Part shown: positions 38,872 to 49,665 of the stretch, piece by piece
Layout of the letters: each line of letters starts with the position of its first letter
Numbering within the stretch: position 1 is the first letter of the stretch
Assembly: GCA_041589075.1 (NCBI GenBank)
Contig: JBFHWK010000003.1
Span: forward strand, 1-53,054
DNA length: 53,054 bases
Direction: 5' to 3'
Source: Rhodothermales bacterium
GTDB taxonomy: Bacteria; Bacteroidota; Rhodothermia; Rhodothermales; JABDKH01
Program-made: the position numbers and the translations under genes
Notes under the pieces: model-generated
What the model was told of the DNA's origin: nothing
Database searches by the model: none
What the model saw: only the letters and a program-made list of their open reading frames with translations

Positions 38872-40088
38872 GCGTCCCTGGCGCCGGCTGTGGATCGCTG
38901 ATCTTGCTTTTGCAGCCTCTCGACACTGAAGAATCGAGTCAGGGCCGACTCGGTTGCGCCCGCCACCGTCTCCGCAACCATTTTGCCGGCCACAAGACCC
39001 AGACTCAGTCCGTGTCCGGTGAAGCCGGTGACCCAGATGAGGTCCGGCATGTCGTCCGACCGTCCCCAAACCGGGAGGCCATCGGGAGAGAAACCCATCG
39101 TCCCGGCCCAGCGGTTTTCCACACGCAAGCCGGAGGCCGTAGGAAAGTACGTGCTCAGGTAGGTCTCGATATCATCTTGCAGCGCGTCGGTCGTCTCGAG
39201 CGAATAACCGACCTCGTCCTCGCGATGCAGGTGCCGTGCTCCTCCGGCAAGCAACCGACCATCGGCTAGTTGCCGCGCATAGAAGTGGCCGCCATGTGAA
39301 TAAACCGGGATCTTGAGGAACGGGGCGTGGGAGGCCGTCGACAACATCTGTGCTCGAACCGGTCTGACGAGGGCGGAAAACTCCGGAAGCAGCAGGGGCA
39401 GATACGCGTTCAGCGTGAGCACCGCCTTCTCTGCATGCACGCGAAGCCGAGGCGTGACAAGCTCGATGCCCTCGCGCAGCTCAGAACTAATGGATCGTAC
39501 CGGAGCGTGTTCGACGATCGTTGCCCCGCTGGTCTCAGCCAGACGCCGAGCGAGTCTCACGGGATCAACGACAGCCCCCGCTCCCAAGACCAGGCCAGCC
39601 TGAAAGCGACGCGACGAAAGGAATCGATTGACCGCGTCACCATCCATGTACTCAGCTTCAATACCGTCTTCGACCAACAATGTGGCGGATCGCTCGAGCC
39701 TGGCCGCCTCCTCGAGGTCGGCGGCCGCTCGGCAAACACCGGAAGGTGCAAACCCAATCCCGTCAGGATCGAAAAGGTCCTCAACAAGCAACCGGTTTTG
39801 AAGTGTCGCCCGCCAGAGCATTCGCGCATCATCGCGGCCCATGTGCTCAATGTCGGTGAGGTAGTCGGCCGCGAACCCCTGCAGCAAGAAGCCTGCGTTT
39901 CTTCCGGACGCGCCTGACGCCAGCTCGCCACGCTCTATCAAGACTACATCTGAAGCCGGACTTATGTTGCGCAGCCAGTACGCAACCGAACATCCGACAA
40001 CGCCTCCACCGACTATGGCTACGTCACAGTCAACCACCTCGGTCGCGGCAGCCTTCTGCCAGTATGACGTTGAGTGAGTCGGCTCCAC
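38868..40088 (-). CDS. FAD-dependent oxidoreductase (DAO/PuuB-like)
   Basis: SYW, DVAIVGGGVVG, GASGRNAG, WAGTMGFSPDGLP, GFTGHGL; likely GTG start at 40088. Confidence 0.85.
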   Translation of the reverse strand: MEPTHSTSYWQKAAATEVVDCDVAIVGGGVVGCSVAYWLRNISPASDVVLIERGELASGASGRNAGFLLQGFAADYLTDIEHMGRDDARMLWRATLQNRLLVEDLFDPDGIGFAPSGVCRAAADLEEAARLERSATLLVEDGIEAEYMDGDAVNRFLSSRRFQAGLVLGAGAVVDPVRLARRLAETSGATIVEHAPVRSISSELREGIELVTPRLRVHAEKAVLTLNAYLPLLLPEFSALVRPVRAQMLSTASHAPFLKIPVYSHGGHFYARQLADGRLLAGGARHLHREDEVGYSLETTDALQDDIETYLSTYFPTASGLRVENRWAGTMGFSPDGLPVWGRSDDMPDLIWVTGFTGHGLSLGLVAGKMVAETVAGATESALTRFFSVERLQKQDQRSTAGARDA

Positions 40089-40090
40089 GG

Positions 40091-41080
40091 TCAATCTCCC
40101 GCTACCTGAACGACAAGGCGTCCGGTCACTTCGCCGTCTAGCAGTCGCGCGCTTGCCGCCGGGATCTCGGCCAGCGGTATCGTTGCGGAGATCTGCTCCA
40201 GTGTTTGGGCGGGCAGTTCTTTCGACAGACGCTCCCAAACCTTCTTCCTCAGACTGATCGGGTACGTGTTCGAATCGATTCCGGCAAGACAAACACCGCG
40301 CAGGATGAACGGAAACACGGTGGTGTGGAGCTGCGCGCCGCCGGCAAGGCCGCACGCTGCGACACACCCATGCGTCGTGGTCTGGCTGAGCAAAGCCGAC
40401 AGGGTGGCCCCACCCACGCTGTCAACAGCTCCTGCCCACAGGCTTTTGTCGAGTGGACGTCGCGCGCCCTCCGCAAGGACCTGTCGATCGATAACACGAC
40501 TTGCGCCAAGCGAAGTCAGGTATTCGTGCGCCGTACCCTTCCCTGTCGACGCCACTACCGAGTAACCACGCCCCGAAAGGATGCGCGTAGCAAAACTGCC
40601 TACGCCCCCCGAGGCACCCGTGACGATCACATCTCCGTCTTCCGGCGTTACTCCCTCATGCTCGAGGCGCAGCGCCGCCAGCATCGCTGTAAACCCGGCA
40701 GTCCCGATTGCCATGGACTGCCGTGCCGTCATTCCCGCCGGAAGGCCGACGAGCCAGTCCGCTCGCAACCGCTGGTATTCTGCAAATCCACCCCAATGAT
40801 TCTCTCCGATGCCCCAACCGGTCGCTATTACCATGTCGCCAATCTGCCACTCGTCAGACTCCGACTCGACGACGCGGCCTACCAGATCGATGCCCGGAAC
40901 AAACGGATAGTCGGCGCGGACGATTTTGCCGCGGTCGGTAACCGCCAGGGCGTCCTTGTAGTTCAGACTCGAGTAACGCACCTCGACGACAACGTCACCG
41001 GGGTTCGGAGATGCGTCCACGCCCTGCTCAACCGCCGCACGAAACCCCTGATCATCACGTCGAAGAACGAGAGCCTTCAT
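40091..41080 (-). CDS. acuI: YhdH/AcuI-family MDR oxidoreductase (acryloyl-CoA reductase-like)
   Basis: YSSLNYKDALA, VPGIDLVG, IGTAGFTAML, VTGASGGVGS, TTVFPFILRGV.LAGIDS. Confidence 0.85.
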   Translation of the reverse strand: MKALVLRRDDQGFRAAVEQGVDASPNPGDVVVEVRYSSLNYKDALAVTDRGKIVRADYPFVPGIDLVGRVVESESDEWQIGDMVIATGWGIGENHWGGFAEYQRLRADWLVGLPAGMTARQSMAIGTAGFTAMLAALRLEHEGVTPEDGDVIVTGASGGVGSFATRILSGRGYSVVASTGKGTAHEYLTSLGASRVIDRQVLAEGARRPLDKSLWAGAVDSVGGATLSALLSQTTTHGCVAACGLAGGAQLHTTVFPFILRGVCLAGIDSNTYPISLRKKVWERLSKELPAQTLEQISATIPLAEIPAASARLLDGEVTGRLVVQVAGD

Positions 41081-41281
41081 GGTTGAGCTTACTTCCCCGG
41101 CATCCGTGCCTGGTCGAGTTCGAAGGAATAGCCAAATGTACTAAGAACGGCTGAGCGCGAGCATCCGGCACCTGAGAAGGGCAACATTTAGCCTCGACCG
41201 TCGTGAACTATTGTAGACGCAACTGCCATGCTTGCGCCCGGCCGACATACCGCGAATCGACCCGGCTTTGGCGATCGCACA

Positions 41282-41929
41282 ATGGTCAGAGCCGATCTGT
41301 ACAGGACGAGAATGATGTTTTCTCTCGCCGTCAGTCTATTGATCGTGGTTTCGCTCCTGAAGCTCCCGGCGGTCAGCGATCAATCGCGCGTTGGCTGGGG
41401 CGACGAAGATGTCCCACGCCTCAGGCAGGTGAGTGAGTCTCGATCCAGTGTTGCGACGAGGATCGGCGGAAAGATAGAGAGCTTCGGCGTTCCCGAAGGA
41501 GCGCCGCCCGTGCCAGTCGAGCAGGACCCGGGAGACGGCCTCGAGCCCGACGAGGCGGACCATTCGACGCGTGCCATGGCGGTACGGCAAACCGTGTACG
41601 AGCACGTGGAGTCGCCGCCGGCGATACGTGGCGGGCTCGGCGCCTACTACATCAATATCGAGTATCCTGCCGAAGCCGTCCGCCAGGGTATCGAGGGACG
41701 CTTGATGCTCAAGTTCGTTGTCGATACGGAGGGGAGACCCACCAACATTTCCGTGTTGACGTCTTTGCACCCGCTGTGCGATTCGGCAGCGGTCCGGGCA
41801 TTGAGAGAAACCACGTTCGTGCCGGGAAGACAGAACGGGATGAAGGTGCCCGTACGCATGCATCTTCCGGTACGGTTTCGATTGGTGACGTCGCTGACAA
41901 ACCGAATCGCCGAGAGCGACTCGACTTAA
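41282..41929 (+). CDS. tonB: Energy transducer TonB
   Basis: TM anchor, then the TonB C-domain IEYPAEA..GIEG...FVVD..G, F.PGRQNG.KV.V...LPVRF. Start uncertain (41228-41312). Confidence 0.82.
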   Translation: MVRADLYRTRMMFSLAVSLLIVVSLLKLPAVSDQSRVGWGDEDVPRLRQVSESRSSVATRIGGKIESFGVPEGAPPVPVEQDPGDGLEPDEADHSTRAMAVRQTVYEHVESPPAIRGGLGAYYINIEYPAEAVRQGIEGRLMLKFVVDTEGRPTNISVLTSLHPLCDSAAVRALRETTFVPGRQNGMKVPVRMHLPVRFRLVTSLTNRIAESDST

Positions 41930-43074
41930 TCTTCGTCGTGAAAGGAGAAACGGGTGTCGGCTTCGGGTCGTGGTTCCAGGTCGCCCAGGCGAAGTTCGTT
42001 GCCGTCGATACGGTCGTGCCAGCGCTCGATGCCTCGTTCGTTGCCACGCATGCGCAGAAATGACGCACCTCCGCCGTTCTCATCCACCCGCAGCGTTCCG
42101 CTGATTCGATACCAACGCTGTCGAAAGAATGAGCTGCTCCATGTTAACTCAATGTCGATCGTGTAATGCCGTTCGCCTTCAACAAACTGCCACGAATCCA
42201 GGTACACATACGACCTGCTTGGACCAAAGAATGATGTGAGGCGACCGAGGATTTCACGTGCGGCCTGCTCTACGAAGTATCCCGCCTCGAGTTCGCGAAT
42301 CTCTCGCGCCTTCTTGCGGATAATCTTTTCGTCGTCCGCAACCCGGACCTCGTCACCTCCCAGTCCCGCATAAACAGCGAAACGGACACGTGCTTCGTTT
42401 TCTTCGAGCAGCTTGGAACGAAGGTAGTACCTGAAGTCGCGGAAGTTGTCTAGGCGCGCCAGATTGAATCGCCCTGTCCGTCGGCCGAACGGAATCTTGA
42501 CACCCTCCTCCTCGAAGCCGTCTACGTACGCGAGCACAAATCCTCGAACGTCACGACTGCGATCGATCGTCTCCCACTCCTCCGAGTTCCACACCTGCCG
42601 CTCAACCACAAAGTCGAAGTCATAATTGCCGCGCTCTATGTCGCCGTTCTGGGGATAGTCAATTCGCTGGCGCACCCGGATACGCTTCGACGATGCGCGC
42701 AATCCCTTTTGTTCGCAGACCACCGCCTTTCCAAACGTCCCGCACACTTCGACCAGAAGCGCCTCGCCGTCGAGCAGACTCGCGTCGGGCACGGCAATTA
42801 TTGTGTCGGAGCCCGCGTACAGCGTGTCGAAACGCGAGTCGAAGAGGCTCACGGCGAACTCTTCGGGCGATGCGGCCGCGCTACCACCAAGCACGCCGTT
42901 GTGCACAAACGCCACCGTCACGTTCACGGAATCCCACCCGTCACGCTCCAGCGTGAGGTCGGACACGGAGTAACCGCCGTCGACACGGCACGCGGATAGA
43001 GCGAGCAGCAAGCTCGACAAGAGGATAAAGGTTCGCAATAGGCTGAGCGGCAGCGTGTGGGATGCTGGCGACAT
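41926..43074 (-). CDS. Hypothetical lipoprotein
   Basis: Lipobox LSAC after a hydrophobic helix; 382 aa with protein-like, beta-rich composition. Confidence 0.7.
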   Translation of the reverse strand: MSPASHTLPLSLLRTFILLSSLLLALSACRVDGGYSVSDLTLERDGWDSVNVTVAFVHNGVLGGSAAASPEEFAVSLFDSRFDTLYAGSDTIIAVPDASLLDGEALLVEVCGTFGKAVVCEQKGLRASSKRIRVRQRIDYPQNGDIERGNYDFDFVVERQVWNSEEWETIDRSRDVRGFVLAYVDGFEEEGVKIPFGRRTGRFNLARLDNFRDFRYYLRSKLLEENEARVRFAVYAGLGGDEVRVADDEKIIRKKAREIRELEAGYFVEQAAREILGRLTSFFGPSRSYVYLDSWQFVEGERHYTIDIELTWSSSFFRQRWYRISGTLRVDENGGGASFLRMRGNERGIERWHDRIDGNELRLGDLEPRPEADTRFSFHDED

Positions 43075-43122
43075 TTCCTAGAAAACGAGGAAACGGCAAC
43101 GATGTTGCGTTCGCAGCCGGCT

Positions 43123-43668
43123 TCAGACTGTGATTTGACCCCGCATCGCAGCCACGTGAAGTGCCGCGATATGTACGCCGTGCACCATATGACCGTCCCT
43201 AACGAGCGATGACAACCCCTCAAGCGGCACCACCCGGACACGTATGGTTTCGCTGTCGTCCGGCGTAGGCGCAGATTTTCGATAGGCTCCGCGGGCAACG
43301 ACGAAATGTGCTGCGTTTGCGTGTCGACTGGGCTCCGGTGCGCAGCTTCCCAGACGGATCCATTCGCGCGCACCGAAACCGGTCTCTTCCAGAAGCTCGC
43401 GCTGGGCTGCCGTAACCACATCCTCCCCCCCGTCAATGACACCCGCGGGGAACTCGGTCGAAGTTCGGGCGATCGCGTGGCGGTATTGCTCGACGAGCAC
43501 AACCTCGCCCCCGTCGGTGATCGGAATCACGCACACCCAGTCCGGATACTCGATGACGTGGAACTCATCCAATACGACTCCGGACGGCAACTGCACGCGG
43601 TCCTCGCGAACGTCCATCCATTTGCGCCGCAGCACGTAGCGGCTCGCCAGCACTTTCCAGGGCACCAT
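43123..43668 (-). CDS. NUDIX hydrolase (ADP-ribose pyrophosphatase-like)
   Basis: QYRH, and Nudix box EFPAGVIDGGE...AAQRELLEETG. Confidence 0.92.
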   Translation of the reverse strand: MVPWKVLASRYVLRRKWMDVREDRVQLPSGVVLDEFHVIEYPDWVCVIPITDGGEVVLVEQYRHAIARTSTEFPAGVIDGGEDVVTAAQRELLEETGFGAREWIRLGSCAPEPSRHANAAHFVVARGAYRKSAPTPDDSETIRVRVVPLEGLSSLVRDGHMVHGVHIAALHVAAMRGQITV

Positions 43669-43822
43669 TGCGTTTGAAGTTGGGGTAGGCGTGGATACAA
43701 AAGTACGCCGGACGATCCACGACGGGAACGCGGCAAATCGAGCGCCGTCTAAAAGCTGCTATTTAAATTGGAAAAGCGCTTTTTTTTGTTCGACACTCCT
43801 CGTCTAAAATACTATACCCACT

Positions 43823-44959
43823 ATGAAGGACACATCGGTATTTCCCACGACCGATCTCCAGGAAGTCGGCGACTTTCTGCCGATCAACGGTACGGATTAC
43901 ATCGAGTTTTATGTGGGCAACGCCCGGCAGGCTGCCCACTTCTACCAGTCCGCATTCGGCTTTGAGGTCATCGGCTATAGCGGCCTCGAGACCGGCCAAC
44001 GCGATCGAACCAGTTTCCTGCTCCGCCAGGGCAAGATCCGGTTCGTGCTCACGGGCGCGCTGTCGTCCGCAAGTCCGATCGCCGATCACGTGCGTCGGCA
44101 TGGTGACGGCGTTCGTGACATTGCGATGTGGGTTGACGACGCACGCAAGTCGTTCGAGGAAACCGTGAAGCGTGGGGCGCGGGCCGCGCGGGAGCCGCAG
44201 GTCCTGAAAGACGACGCCGGCGAGGTCGTGATCGCATCTATCGCGACGTATGGTGATACGCTCCACAGCTTTGTGGAACGGCGCAACTACAAAGGTCTGT
44301 TCATGCCCGGCTTCAGACCGTGGAGCAACAGTCACTGGAAGGCTCGGCCGGTCGGGCTGAAGTACGTGGACCACTGTGTCGGCAACGTCGCTCTCGGGGA
44401 CATGAACAAGTATGTCGAGTTCTACGCCAACGCGATGGGATTCAAACAGCTTGTCTCATTCGACGACAAGGACATTTCGACCGACTACACGGCGCTGATG
44501 TCCAAGGTGATGTCGAGCGGCAACGAGCGAATCAAATTTCCCATCAACGAACCGGCGGAAGGACGCAAGAAGAGCCAGATCGAAGAGTACCTCGATTTTT
44601 ACGAGGGGCCGGGCGTCCAGCATATCGCGATGGCCACCGACGACATCGTACACACGGTCAGCGAGCTTCAAAGTCGCGGGGTAGAATTTCTGCATGTCCC
44701 GACGACGTATTACGATACGTTGCAGGATCGTGTAGGCGTCATCGACGAGGACACCGACTCCCTCAAGGAGCTGGGAATCCTCGTTGATCGAGACGACGAA
44801 GGTTATCTGCTTCAGATTTTTACCAAGCCTGTGGAAGATCGTCCGACCGTCTTCTATGAGATAATCCAGCGCAAGGGTGCGCGGTCATTCGGGAAGGGCA
44901 ACTTCAAGGCGTTGTTCGAAGCCATTGAACGGGAGCAGGCCTTGCGCGGCACACTCTAA
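43823..44959 (+). CDS. hppD: 4-hydroxyphenylpyruvate dioxygenase
   Basis: HGDGVRDIA, DHCVGNV, SQIEEYL, GVQHIA, GYLLQIFT, FYEIIQR, FGKGNFKALFEAIEREQ. Confidence 0.97.
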   Translation: MKDTSVFPTTDLQEVGDFLPINGTDYIEFYVGNARQAAHFYQSAFGFEVIGYSGLETGQRDRTSFLLRQGKIRFVLTGALSSASPIADHVRRHGDGVRDIAMWVDDARKSFEETVKRGARAAREPQVLKDDAGEVVIASIATYGDTLHSFVERRNYKGLFMPGFRPWSNSHWKARPVGLKYVDHCVGNVALGDMNKYVEFYANAMGFKQLVSFDDKDISTDYTALMSKVMSSGNERIKFPINEPAEGRKKSQIEEYLDFYEGPGVQHIAMATDDIVHTVSELQSRGVEFLHVPTTYYDTLQDRVGVIDEDTDSLKELGILVDRDDEGYLLQIFTKPVEDRPTVFYEIIQRKGARSFGKGNFKALFEAIEREQALRGTL

Positions 44960-44989
44960 TTAACGGTCACCTTAATCCGGTGTACTAAA

Positions 44990-46180
44990 ATGCCACACTA
45001 TGCACGGCTCGGCAAGATTCCGCCGAAACGACACACGCAGTTTCGACGCCCTGACGGCCAACTATACAGCGAAGAGGTTATTGGAGCCGAGGGGTTCAGT
45101 GGGATTTCCTCGATCGCTTACCATATTCATCCACCTACTGTGGTCGTGCGCATCGAGGACGCAATTCCCCACAACGTCGATTACGTCGATGAGTACCATT
45201 TGCAGCATCGCCATCTGCGTGGGGCAGAGGTTGCGTCCAGTGGCGGCTGGCTGGAAAGCCGACGATATATAATGGGTAACGACGACATTCGGCTCGCGCT
45301 GTGCAGTCCGTCCGAGCCCATGGACTATTTCTACAGAAATGCCGTGGCGGACGAGGTGGTGTACGTGCACGATGGCGAGGGCGTTCTGGAAAGCCCGTTC
45401 GGGCGACTGGAGTTCAAGCAGGGTGACTACGTCCACGTGCCACGAACGATCACACACCAGTGGCACTTCGAGCAAGCCACGAAACCGCGGTTGCTTGTCA
45501 TCGAGAGTTTCTCCGAGGTGCGCACACCGCGCCGATACCGAAATGAGTTCGGCCAGCTGCTGGAGCACAGTCCTTACTGCGAGCGAGACATACATCCGCC
45601 GTCAGAACTGATAACCTACGACGAGGAGGGGGAGTTTGAAGTCCGAATCGCAAAGAAGGGCATGCTGCATCGTCTGTTCTTTCGATACCATCCGTTCGAT
45701 TTCGTCGGTTGGGACGGCTACATGTACCCGTACACGTTCTCGATCCACGACTTCGAGCCGATAACCGGACGCGTTCACCAGCCGCCGCCCGTCCATCAGA
45801 CCTTCGCGGGCAGGAATTTTGTGATCTGCTCCTTCGTTCCCCGCAAGTACGACTATCATCCGTTGTCGATACCGGCACCGTACAACCACTCGAACATCGA
45901 TTCGGACGAAGTCCTCTACTACGCTGAGGGAAACTTCATGAGTCGCCGAGGTATCGACCGCGGATCGTTCACCCTCCATCCGGGCGGAATCGCGCATGGG
46001 CCGCATCCAGGCACGGTGGAGGCCTCGATCGGTAAGGAGGGCACGGAAGAGCTCGCCGTCATGGTGGACACCTTCCGCCCGTTGATGCTCACGCGGACGG
46101 CTCTCGCCGCTGAGGACAAGGAGTACGCTCTATCGTGGCGGCCCGAGGTTCACGAGGCGGTCCCGACGAACGGTCGATAG
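44990..46180 (+). CDS. hmgA: Homogentisate 1,2-dioxygenase
   Basis: IPPKRHTQF, HPFDFVGWDG, HQPPPVHQTF, PYNHSNIDSDEV, HPGGIAHGP; adjacent to hppD. Confidence 0.93.
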   Translation: MPHYARLGKIPPKRHTQFRRPDGQLYSEEVIGAEGFSGISSIAYHIHPPTVVVRIEDAIPHNVDYVDEYHLQHRHLRGAEVASSGGWLESRRYIMGNDDIRLALCSPSEPMDYFYRNAVADEVVYVHDGEGVLESPFGRLEFKQGDYVHVPRTITHQWHFEQATKPRLLVIESFSEVRTPRRYRNEFGQLLEHSPYCERDIHPPSELITYDEEGEFEVRIAKKGMLHRLFFRYHPFDFVGWDGYMYPYTFSIHDFEPITGRVHQPPPVHQTFAGRNFVICSFVPRKYDYHPLSIPAPYNHSNIDSDEVLYYAEGNFMSRRGIDRGSFTLHPGGIAHGPHPGTVEASIGKEGTEELAVMVDTFRPLMLTRTALAAEDKEYALSWRPEVHEAVPTNGR

Positions 46181-46206
46181 GCGAAAGTTGAGACGCTAAA
46201 TCGGCG

Positions 46207-46620
46207 CTACTCCTCAACTTCCCCACCATCCCGCGCTTCGAAGTCGAGTGCAGCGGAGTTGATGCAGTACCGCACCCCCGTGGGGCGCGGTCCATCGGGA
46301 AATACATGTCCGAGATGCGCGTTGCAGGAAGAGCACAGGACCTCGGTGCGCCGCATGCCGAGACTTCGGTCTTCCTCCATAGCAACGCTTTCTGCGTTCG
46401 CCGGCTGGTAGAAGCTCGGCCAGCCGGAGCCCGAGTCGTACTTTGTATTGGAGTCGAAAAGAGGCTGACCGCAGACCACGCATCGATACATGCCGTCTGA
46501 TTTGTGGTCGTTGTACTTACCGGTAAAGGCGCGCTCCGTACCTTTTTCTTGGGTTACCTGGTATTGCTCCGGCGTCAGCCGCTGCCGAAGCGCCTCTTTC
46601 GAAGAGTCGTCGCGAGTCAT
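46207..46620 (-). CDS. msrB: Peptide-methionine (R)-S-oxide reductase
   Basis: [44 protein letters not shown]; start at ATG 46620. Confidence 0.95.
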   Translation of the reverse strand: MTRDDSSKEALRQRLTPEQYQVTQEKGTERAFTGKYNDHKSDGMYRCVVCGQPLFDSNTKYDSGSGWPSFYQPANAESVAMEEDRSLGMRRTEVLCSSCNAHLGHVFPDGPRPTGVRYCINSAALDFEARDGGEVEE

Positions 46621-46662
46621 CCGTAGAATCCCTGAAACACGTGATGTTGGAACCGTCCGCCC

Positions 46663-48642
46663 ATGACTGAAACAAATCCCGACCACGATAAGCAGTTCCC
46701 GTTCGGCCAGCAAATCCGCTGGAAGCCCAATCCCGAGTGGATCCGCGAAAGCAATCTGGCGGCGTTCATGAAGAAGAACGGCATCCGCAGCTACGGTGAG
46801 TTGCAGGCTCGCGCAGCCGAAGACATCGCCTGGTTCTGGAACGCCGTCTTCGAAGACCTCGGCATCGAGTTCGACCGCCCCTACGACCAAGTCGTGGATC
46901 TGTCGTCCGGGATCGAGTTACCCGCCTGGTGTGTGGGTGGCGAAATGAACATCGTCCACAACTGCCTCGACCGTTGGCTGGACCTCGACATGGGGGACAA
47001 TGTCGCTCTCCGGTGGGAGTTGGAGGAAGGAGCGACCGGGACCATGACCTATCGGGAGCTGCTTGAATCTGTCTGTCAGTGCGCTAATGCGCTGCGCGCG
47101 CTCGGGCTCGGCAAGGGTGACGCCGTTGGGCTGTACATGCCGATGACCCCGTCGATCGTCGTTGCCTTCCTGGCCATTGCGCGCATCGGAGGAATCATCT
47201 TGCCCCTGTTCAGCGGGTACGGACCGGAAGCGATAGCAACTCGCCTCAATGATGCGGGCGCGAAGGCACTGTTCACGTCGGACGGCTTCTATCGCCGCGG
47301 TAAACCCGTGGACATGAAGTCCACGGCCGACGCTGCGCTTCAGACGGTACCGTCGATCGATCACGTGATCGTGAATAGGCGGATCGGATCTGCGGACGTG
47401 TCTTGGACCGAGGGTCGCGACGTATGGTGGGACGAACTCGTACATCGGCAGCCGTCGACGTCCGGCCTCGAGCGAACATCGGCCGAGGACGTAATCATGA
47501 TCATCTACACGAGTGGAACGACGGGACGGCCAAAGGGGGCCGTCCACACCCACTGCGGCTTTCCGATAAAGGCGGCCCAGGACATGCGTCATTGCATGGA
47601 TCTCAAACGCGGCAACGTGATGTACTGGATGAGCGACATGGGGTGGATGATGGGGCCGTGGCTAGTGTTCGGAGCACTCCTGAACGGAGCCGCCATGATG
47701 ATCTTCGACGGAGCACCCGACTATCCCGGCCCCGATCGGCTCTGGGCGATGGTGGCGAACCATGGCGTAACTCACCTCGGCCTCTCGCCCGTCCTGATCC
47801 GAGCCCTCAAGACACATGGCAAAGAGCCGGTACGCAAACACGACCTGTCAAGCCTTCGCGCGGTAGGCTCAACGGGAAGTCCCTGGGACCCCGAGTCGTG
47901 GCTGTGGCTCTTCGACAACGTGCTCGACAGCAGCAAGCCGATTCTGAACTACTCCGGTGGCACCGAAATCAGTGGAGGCATCATATGCGGCAACTTCTTT
48001 AGACCTTTGAAGCCGTGCTCGTTTTCGGGGCCCGTCCCAGGTATGGACGCCGATGTCGTAGATGAATCCGGCACGCCGGTGCGGGAAGCAGTGGGCGAAC
48101 TGGTGATCCGCAAGCCGTGGATCGGTATGACCAGGGGCTTCTGGAACGACACCCAGCGCTATATGCAGACATACTGGAATCGATTCCCGGATGTCTGGGT
48201 GCACGGCGACTTCGCGGCAATCGACGAGGACGGCCTCTGGTATATCCTCGGCCGAAGCGACGACACGATCAAGGTTGCCGGGAAACGTCTGGGCCCGGCG
48301 GAGGTCGAATCGATTCTCAACGCGCATCCGGCAGTGTCGGAAAGCGCGGCCATAGGCGTTCCAGACGAGGTGAAAGGCGAGGCCCTCGTCGCGTTTTGCG
48401 TCCTTCAAACAGACGCGGAAACCTCAGAGCACCTTCGCTCGGAACTGGTCGACCGCGTTACCGAGGCGCTCGGTAAGCCACTCAAACCACGTGAAATACG
48501 GTTTGCCGATGCGCTACCAAAGACGCGCAATGCAAAGGTGATGCGTCGGCTGATTAAGGCCGCGTATCTCGGTCAGGACCAGGGTGACACGTCAAGTCTT
48601 GAAGACCCCGAGACGGTGGACGCCATCCGGCGCTCTCGCTAA
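46663..48642 (+). CDS. Acetate/acyl-CoA ligase (AMP-forming)
   Basis: [46 protein letters not shown]. Confidence 0.92.
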   Translation: MTETNPDHDKQFPFGQQIRWKPNPEWIRESNLAAFMKKNGIRSYGELQARAAEDIAWFWNAVFEDLGIEFDRPYDQVVDLSSGIELPAWCVGGEMNIVHNCLDRWLDLDMGDNVALRWELEEGATGTMTYRELLESVCQCANALRALGLGKGDAVGLYMPMTPSIVVAFLAIARIGGIILPLFSGYGPEAIATRLNDAGAKALFTSDGFYRRGKPVDMKSTADAALQTVPSIDHVIVNRRIGSADVSWTEGRDVWWDELVHRQPSTSGLERTSAEDVIMIIYTSGTTGRPKGAVHTHCGFPIKAAQDMRHCMDLKRGNVMYWMSDMGWMMGPWLVFGALLNGAAMMIFDGAPDYPGPDRLWAMVANHGVTHLGLSPVLIRALKTHGKEPVRKHDLSSLRAVGSTGSPWDPESWLWLFDNVLDSSKPILNYSGGTEISGGIICGNFFRPLKPCSFSGPVPGMDADVVDESGTPVREAVGELVIRKPWIGMTRGFWNDTQRYMQTYWNRFPDVWVHGDFAAIDEDGLWYILGRSDDTIKVAGKRLGPAEVESILNAHPAVSESAAIGVPDEVKGEALVAFCVLQTDAETSEHLRSELVDRVTEALGKPLKPREIRFADALPKTRNAKVMRRLIKAAYLGQDQGDTSSLEDPETVDAIRRSR

Positions 48643-48645
48643 TCG

Positions 48646-49665
48646 CTACAGCATTATGCCGATGCCGGCAGACACTGTGTTCAGCGATCCGAGCGCATAG
48701 TCGACGTTGATCTGGATCGGACCCGGCGTCAAGCTAACACCCGCGAGTGCACGAAAGCGGTTCTTGGCCTGCTGCGAGAAGTTGATTGCCTGCGGTTCCA
48801 TTTCGGGCTGGCCGCTGTCGAACACATAGTTGACGTCAACCTGCGTCTTCTCAATCTGCAGTCCCCCGTAGACGGTCACTACCGGCAGCGACTTTGAGAC
48901 CGCGACGTTACCCGCATACGCTGAGGCCAGCAACATTCGATTGTCGGCACCGTCATCGATCGTCAGACGCTGATATACAAACTGAGCCGAGATATCTGCC
49001 GGTAAAAGCGGGAAGTACTGACTGATGCTGTGACGCACACCGAAACCCTTGAACGAGATCGACCCGTAAGACTCCGTGTTCACGGTCGGAAGGAATCGAA
49101 CCAGAATGTCGGTACCTGCAAATGATCCAATGCCCACCTGGGGGATGACCAGAGGTGCCACCGGCGTATTGACCAAACCCGGCAGCAGCTGCATCGAGAC
49201 AACGTCGTTGATGACGATATCGTCTGCGGTGCCCGGCTCACCGTCAGGGCCGGCGTCGACCATCTCGTTGACCGAGACGGACACTTCACCGGCTTCGGTC
49301 TCACCGAAGACGGTCGGTGCATCTTCAATGTTGTACGTGACCGGCACGACATATCGGATTCCGTTTCCGTCTACGTACACCTCCTCGGTCTCGTACGCCA
49401 GCGAGAGGGAACGATCACTGGGCAACATCGCACCAAACACCTTCACACCTAAGTAGAGGTCAATCTTGGGGATGAGGCCGCCGCCGATCTTGGCGGTCTG
49501 GAAAAGTCCGGCATTGATATTAGCACCGTAAGCATCGATCAGCGGTGCCACGTAGAGCTTTGAGTATTCATCGGATACCGCCGACAGGTTCGTGGTCAGG
49601 GACTGCGCGCCGGCCGACACAACCACGAAAAATGATGCTGCAAAGAAGACGCGAAATCGGTTCAT
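48646..49665 (-). CDS. Outer-membrane protein, DUF6588-like
   Basis: Signal peptide, N.GLFQTAK, PQVGIG..GTDI.VRFLP, GFGVRHSISQY, VYGG, C-terminal beta strand. Confidence 0.7.
   Translation of the reverse strand: MNRFRVFFAASFFVVVSAGAQSLTTNLSAVSDEYSKLYVAPLIDAYGANINAGLFQTAKIGGGLIPKIDLYLGVKVFGAMLPSDRSLSLAYETEEVYVDGNGIRYVVPVTYNIEDAPTVFGETEAGEVSVSVNEMVDAGPDGEPGTADDIVINDVVSMQLLPGLVNTPVAPLVIPQVGIGSFAGTDILVRFLPTVNTESYGSISFKGFGVRHSISQYFPLLPADISAQFVYQRLTIDDGADNRMLLASAYAGNVAVSKSLPVVTVYGGLQIEKTQVDVNYVFDSGQPEMEPQAINFSQQAKNRFRALAGVSLTPGPIQINVDYALGSLNTVSAGIGIML

Noticed and set aside
40089-40367. 93-aa N-terminal extension of the FAD oxidoreductase in the ORF track
   Set aside because: It overlaps acuI on the same strand; family-like sequence begins near GTG 40088.
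46621-46890. N-terminal extension of msrB
   Set aside because: It overlaps the divergent acyl-CoA ligase; the MsrB domain starts at ATG 46620.
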